Positions 58,150 to 64,000 of a stretch of 64,000 nt of DNA are shown here, one piece after another. The position numbers and the translations under genes were made by a program. The notes beneath the pieces were generated by a model. That model saw only the letters and a list, made by a program, of their open reading frames with translations. It was not told the origin of the DNA and ran no database searches. Each line of letters opens with the position of its first letter. Positions within the stretch are counted from its first letter, which is position 1. The stretch comes from Paraspadella gotoi (Eukaryota > Animalia > Chaetognatha): assembly GCA_051294375.1 (NCBI GenBank), contig CM119264.1, positions 24,541,842 to 24,605,841 on the forward strand, read 5' to 3'.

Positions 58150-59474
58150 AGAAAGAAAAGAAAGAAAGAAAGAAGAAAGAAAGAAGATAGAGACAACGCT
58201 AAGAATAAAAGACTTATATTTTTAAAACTTGTCACAATCGGAGGGAAATGCTGTTTGCTTTCCTACTAGCTTAGTTTTAATATCATTTTATTACTATTCC
58301 AAAATTTTTGGGTGATTAAAAATAAATTTAAACTTCGCGCCTTTTTTTTAATTTTTTTCGCCCTTTCATCAAATCCCTAATCGTTTATTGTGTTGGGGTC
58401 TGCCTAATGTCAAACGTAGAAAAGTTTAAAATCAGAATTATCTCGTGAAAGAAAGAAAAAAAGAGAAATAAAAAATTCTTGAAAAAAAAAAGAGATGAAT
58501 GGAAATTTATCGCAAAGTTTTGAAGTTTGTGTTTCGTTTAGGCCGTTTTCGGTGTTGCCCACCGTGGAAAATTCATATCTCCTCTCTCTCTTCTCTCTCT
58601 CTCTCTCTCTCTCTCTAATCTCTCTCTTCTCTCTCTCTCTCCTCTCTCTCGTCTCTCTCTCCCGCCCCCTCTTCTTCTCTCTCTCATCCTCTTTCTCCTC
58701 TCTTCTCTCTCCTCTCTCTCTCATCGTTCTCCCCTCTCCTCCTGCTTATCACCTGTTGTAATCGCATTGAGAATTTGGGAACCTTTTTTTTTTGCGATCG
58801 ATTTCGTTTCGTCAGGTGACGGTTTTAATATGAGAAACGACGATGAGACGATGACGCACGATGACGGGAGGACCGAATTGAACGACCGCCCCCCACGATT
58901 TACACAAACAAGGAGAGGTAGCTAGGTTTTAGAGGATGGCCTGCACAAACTAAGTAGGATCCGGCTGGTCCGAATACTGCAGTCGAAACGATCTACTCTA
59001 GAAAAGGGACAATACATTCTTAACAAATGTACAATTAACCTTGCAAAAAATCTAATAATACCTGTGTTCATCACAACCCTACTCGTAAAGATAAATAAAA
59101 ATAATAATAAGCCTGGTAGGAAAGCGTTGGCAAAATGGCAATTAAAATCCAAACAGTTTTAAACTCACCAATTAACGTTCTTTTTTTCAAGAAGGGGCAA
59201 CAGCCTTTTTCTCATTTTGCTCGAAATTCTTCAAGAGAACAAACTAACCAGGCGAACTTACAGACAAAAAATTTAAAAAATATCAACGACAAAAAAGGTT
59301 CGGTACTTCTTCCCAGGACGATTTACGAACAGTTGAAATAAAGCGAAAGTCTCCAACTTACAAATTAAACTTACTTTTACTCACAAATCCAGCAAGTCTC
59401 TGCAAAGGGTTAAACATTCAATTCCACAATGGATCCTTTAATCCACTATTGATCAACGTAAATCGTCCGTCGAA

Positions 59475-59556
<82 letters not shown>

Positions 59557-60126
59557 TTCGACGGACGGGATTTACGTTGATCAATATTGGATTAAAGGAT
59601 CCATTGTGGAATTTGGAATGTTAACCCTTTGCAGAGACTTGGTTTGTGAGTAAAAGAGTAATTTGTAAGTTGGAGACTTTCGCTTTATTTCAACCTTGTT
59701 TGTAAATCGTCCTGGTGGAAAGAAGTTCCGAACCTTTTTGTCGTTGTATTTTTTTAAATTTTTTGTGTAAGTTTCGCCTGGTTAGTTTTCTCTTGAAGAA
59801 TTCCGAGCAAAATGAGAAAAAGGCTGTTGCCCTCTTGAAAAAAGAACGTTTAATTGGTGGTTTAAAACTTTTTGGATTTTAATGCCATTTTGCCAACGCT
59901 TTCCTACCAGGTTTTTTATTATTTTATTTTATTTTACGATAGGGTTGTGATGAACACAGGTATTATTAGATTTTTTTGCACAGGTAATTTACATTTGTTA
60001 AGGGAATTGTATTGTACCCTTTTCAGGAGTGAGACGTTTCGACTTGAGTATCGGACCAGCCGGAATCCTACTTAGTTTGTCAGCCATCCTTAAAACAGTA
60101 CCTCTCCTTGTTTGTGTAAATGTGGT

Positions 60127-60159
<33 letters not shown>

Positions 60160-60865
60160 TCTCATATTCCGTCACCTGGACGAAACGAAATCGATCGCAA
60201 AAAAAANNNNNNNNNNNNNNNNNNNNNNNNNAAGGTTCCCAAATTCTCAATGCGATTACAACAGGTGATAAGCAGGAGGAGAGGGGAGAACGATGAGAGA
60301 GAGAGGAGAGAGAAGAGAGGAGAAAGAGGATGAGAGAGAGAAGAAGAGGGGGCGGGAGAGAGAGACGAGAGAGAGGGGAGAGAGAGAGAGAAGAAAGAGA
60401 GAGTTAGAGAAGAGAGAGAGAGAGAGAGAGAAGAGGAGAGAAGGAGATATTGATATTTCCAGCGGTGGGCAACACCGAAACGCCTAACGACAACAAACTT
60501 CAAAACTTTGCGATAAATTTTCCATTCATCTCTTTTTTTTCAATGAATTTTTTTTTCTCTTTTTTTCCTTCTTTCAACGAGATTAATTCTGATTTTAAAC
60601 TTTTCTCGTTTGACATTAGGCAAACCCCACACAATAAATCGATTAAGGGATTTGATGAAAGGGGAAAAAAATTAAAAAGGGCGAAGTTTAAATTTATTTT
60701 TAATCACTCCCAAAAATTTTGGAATAGTAAATAAAATATATTAAACTAAGCTACGTAGAAAGCAAAAGCATTTCCCTCCATTGTGCAAGTTTTAAAAATA
60801 TACGGTCTTTTTATCTTAGCGTTGTCTCTATCTTCTTTCTTTCTTTTTCTTTCTTATCTTTCTTT

Positions 60866-60909
<44 letters not shown>

Positions 60910-60950
60910 TTCTTTCTTTCTTTCTTCTCTATCTCTCTCATTCTATCTAG

Positions 60951-60981
<31 letters not shown>

Positions 60982-60995
60982 CGTCTCGCTCTCTC

Positions 60996-61027
<32 letters not shown>

Positions 61028-62173
61028 AGATTACGGATTTCTGGCGTGATTCGGTCGCGAAAAAAAATGTTCTTTTCAATTTGCGACGACGGGAGGCGAC
61101 GTGACGACCGCGGCGTCGGACCGGTGGCCTTTCCGAGAGAAACGCCCCGGATCGTCGATCTCATTTCCTCGTTCTACTCCTCCTCTCCTCCTCTTCCTCC
61201 CCCCCAGCCTTTTTCTCACGACGGGGGGTTCAACTCGTTTTGGAATTCATTGACGAAACGAGCGAATAGTTACGAGTCCGCGACCGGACTCTGCATCGAT
61301 TCTCCCATGGATAATGATTAAAATGTGATTTGAGGCGTTAAAATTATAAATCAAAGAAATTCCAGATGTCATTGCGGACTCACAGGCAAGGGTAATTTTT
61401 TTTTTTTAAGATTAATTTATTGGTAAAATTTGCGTGTAATTATACTAGATATAGGAATGATTATTTGTTGGACTTTTAAGCCGTACATCAATTTGTGTTC
61501 AAATTTATGAACACACATAACAGCGGATTGTTTGACTAAGGAGTGCCCCTCTCATAAGTTATGTGTTCCCAAATTGTAAAGTAATCCTATTTACTCGACG
61601 TCTCCTGTCTTTCTCGTTATAATCTTTCTCCCAACGGGAAACTTTTAACAAAAATTAAAGAGGAATTATAAAATAAATAAAAGGAATAAGTACTGGGACT
61701 GCATCTCTCTCTCTCTTTCTTCTCTCTCTCATCTCTCTCTCTCTCTCTCTTCAGTCTTGCTCTCTCTCTTCGTCATCTCCTCCTCTCTTTCTTCTTCTCT
61801 CTCCTCCTCTCCGACGTAATAACCGTAACGCGATTAAAATGAAAAACAAAAGAGAGAGAATAAAAAAGAAACGAAATACGTCACGACGATCCGACAACTG
61901 TTATATTTTCGAGTCGGCAAAGTTAAAAGAAAAAAAAAATAAAGTTCGAAACAGGGCCATTTTATTTGTCAACGGTATTCATCCATAACACGTCGTCGTT
62001 TAGAGAACGCCGAAGATTAATAATACGAAGCGACGATATAAACGATTAAAAACTTCTTCTTATCGAACCTTTTTACGGCAAAGAAGGACGACAGCAATGC
62101 GTTGTCCCTCGTTTGGCAAATTTCTTTTCGCGGCGGGGAAAATAAAATGGAAACCGATTCTGTCTCTCTCCAA

Positions 62174-62211
<38 letters not shown>

Positions 62212-64000
62212 GATCCTCTCTCTCTACTACTCTCTCTTCTCTCTGCATCTCTCTCTCTCTCTTTCTTTTTTATTAGCCTACAACGCGTTAATCTGCTGGG
62301 AAATAAGGATAATTGTCGCGTGATAGCAGGGTTATCACCGAAAATTTTGTTGGAGATTCTCGCTGCTTCTCCAGATTTATCCCGTATTCCACAGTATTTT
62401 CAGTTGACTTTACTGAAAACTTCGGCATACATGGTAGAGTAGCGAAAAATTACCAAAACAAATTGTTCATTAGGTAAGTGACGATAAATCAAAACGCAAG
62501 AAAGTCGGAATACGTGCGCAACAGTTTTAACGCAATCTCGGATGCGGAAATCGAAAGCGGGAAATTTTCTCCGTCGCTGAATCTTAATCTGAGATTCTCA
62601 GTTTCCATGTTTCGATTTCCAGCGTGCGCCGCTGCAGCATCCCGCCGCATCCCGCAGCCCTAAATGCCCCGCCGCAGCCCCCCCCGCGCTTGGGAGCGTC
62701 GCTGATAAGCCTGCTCCGCCCGCGGAGAAGTGTGACCGCTGACGAGAATCGCTTGACGAAATCGAATGGAGACAGCCTTTGTCGTTTGAAAAAGCATTTG
62801 ACCTTTAGATTAGAGAAAACGCTCAAGACATTAATCATATGCGACCGGTTTATTACTAAGCTTGGCCACTGATTAACATAATGATTGCATTTAATGATGG
62901 GTTTTGTCTTGGCGAATGTAATTTTATGTAAAAATTCTGATGGAGACGCGAATCTGAGTGTTTGAAAAGTTCTTAAAATAGTTTAAATACAAAATAGGAA
63001 AAATAGAATGACTGGGAATTTAGATTGGGCTATTTTCGTGATAAGATTTGTTCCTCAGGCGAGAAGCTATCTTTCGAAATTTTTCGAAAGTTTGGACATT
63101 GAGCGATGAACACGATTTGAATATATTAATATTTGCCTAAAATTTTCATTTATGCAGAGAATCTTTTCACCGACACACAAAAAATTGTCGAAAATCAACC
63201 GTCGAACAAATTTAGCGAAAATACAAATACGCCTGTTCCAAATATAGAGGGGACATATTTTATATTGGATTGTACCGATTTTCATATAGACAAAGAATGT
63301 AAACAACGAAACCAACGTATAACAAGATCGTCTTCTCCGCGAACATAAGATCATCGAGGGTCGACGCTGTTTTTTCTCCTTGCGCGCGCCCGAATTTCCG
63401 TCGGACAGATCATTTCCCCTCGAGACTTCGATTTCCCGCGGAAACCTCCGGTTTTTTAGTTTGTTGTTGTTGTCGTTGCTATGCCCGGTGCACTGGGTTT
63501 TCGCCGACCCGGGAGGATCGAGGGAGGTATGCGCGGGCGGTCTTGGGGCCGGAAGCGAGGGAGAGGGAGGGGGGGGCGGGGCCGGGTCACCGACCTCACC
63601 CCTCAACTCGTTCGTTTTCCGGAAATCCGCGCAGTCGGCGGTCCAGTCGGATAGGTCGAGTCGGCGATGAACCGTCGAAGTCTCGAACGACAGGTTTAAG
63701 CCCTTTTTGATGGCTGCTACAGATGGTATATTATCATTATGTGTGTTTTTCAGGTTTCCTGCCAGATGAAACTAAAAGACAAAGTCTTATAACAGCAGGC
63801 AACGATTTTATTTTATTGTACAGACAAGTTTCGGCTTTCATTGCAAGCCTTCATCAGCCTTCTATCAGCCTCTATCACCTTCAATACAGCACTGATTGAA
63901 GCTTGAAACGAAAAGCCGAAACTTGTCTGTACAATAAAATAAAATCGTTGCTGTATGCAAGACTTTGATCTTAGTTTCAATTATCTAAAAACACAACGAA
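55104..64000. repeat. Giant spacer-less inverted repeat (arms at least 4.4 kb), centre at 59522/59523
   Basis: 59523-64000 is the reverse complement of 55104-59522 with frequent small indels. The centre is (GA)n-GATC-(TC)n. The right arm has a 25-N gap (60207-60231) where the left arm is contiguous. Confidence 0.95.
55124..55328. ncRNA. Palindromic unit with two divergent hammerhead-like cores (mirror copy at ~63770-63978)
   Basis: Cores lie at 55173-55214 (minus) and 55245-55283 (plus). The cleanest reading comes from the mirror at 63820-63859 (minus): CUGAUGA-A-GGCUU-gcaauga-AAGCC-GAAAC-UU-GUC. The central spacer is made of repeated GGCTGATGA/GGCTGATAA. The sequence is noisy here. Confidence 0.6.

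Overview
This is AT-rich, microsatellite-rich eukaryotic (invertebrate animal) genomic DNA from a draft scaffold with four 25-N and four 10-N gaps. I assembled five spliced protein-coding genes by hand, and each model gives a stop-free frame: a MARCHF8/MARCHF1-type RING-CH E3 ligase (minus strand, with a GC-AG intron inside the RING), DDX39/UAP56 (plus, divergent from MARCHF8), a ZC3H4/ZC3H6-type CCCH protein (plus), a short TAB2/TAB3-like adaptor that appears to lack the CUE domain (plus), and a probably GPI-anchored ephrin (minus). Introns and intergenic DNA hold a decayed Tc1 element, two oppositely oriented 8-bp-TSD MITEs in one DDX39 intron, DINE-1/Helentron-like elements and several palindromes. 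The most notable signal is a set of ~200-nt inverted-repeat insertions carrying minimal hammerhead-ribozyme cores, resembling Penelope-like pLTR or retrozyme-like units; for two of them an empty-site copy is visible in the same window. The first ~5.4 kb and the ~9 kb palindrome at the right end look like noisy long-read gap-filling artefacts. All coordinates and homology calls come from reading the sequence and from recalled family knowledge; no searches were run.
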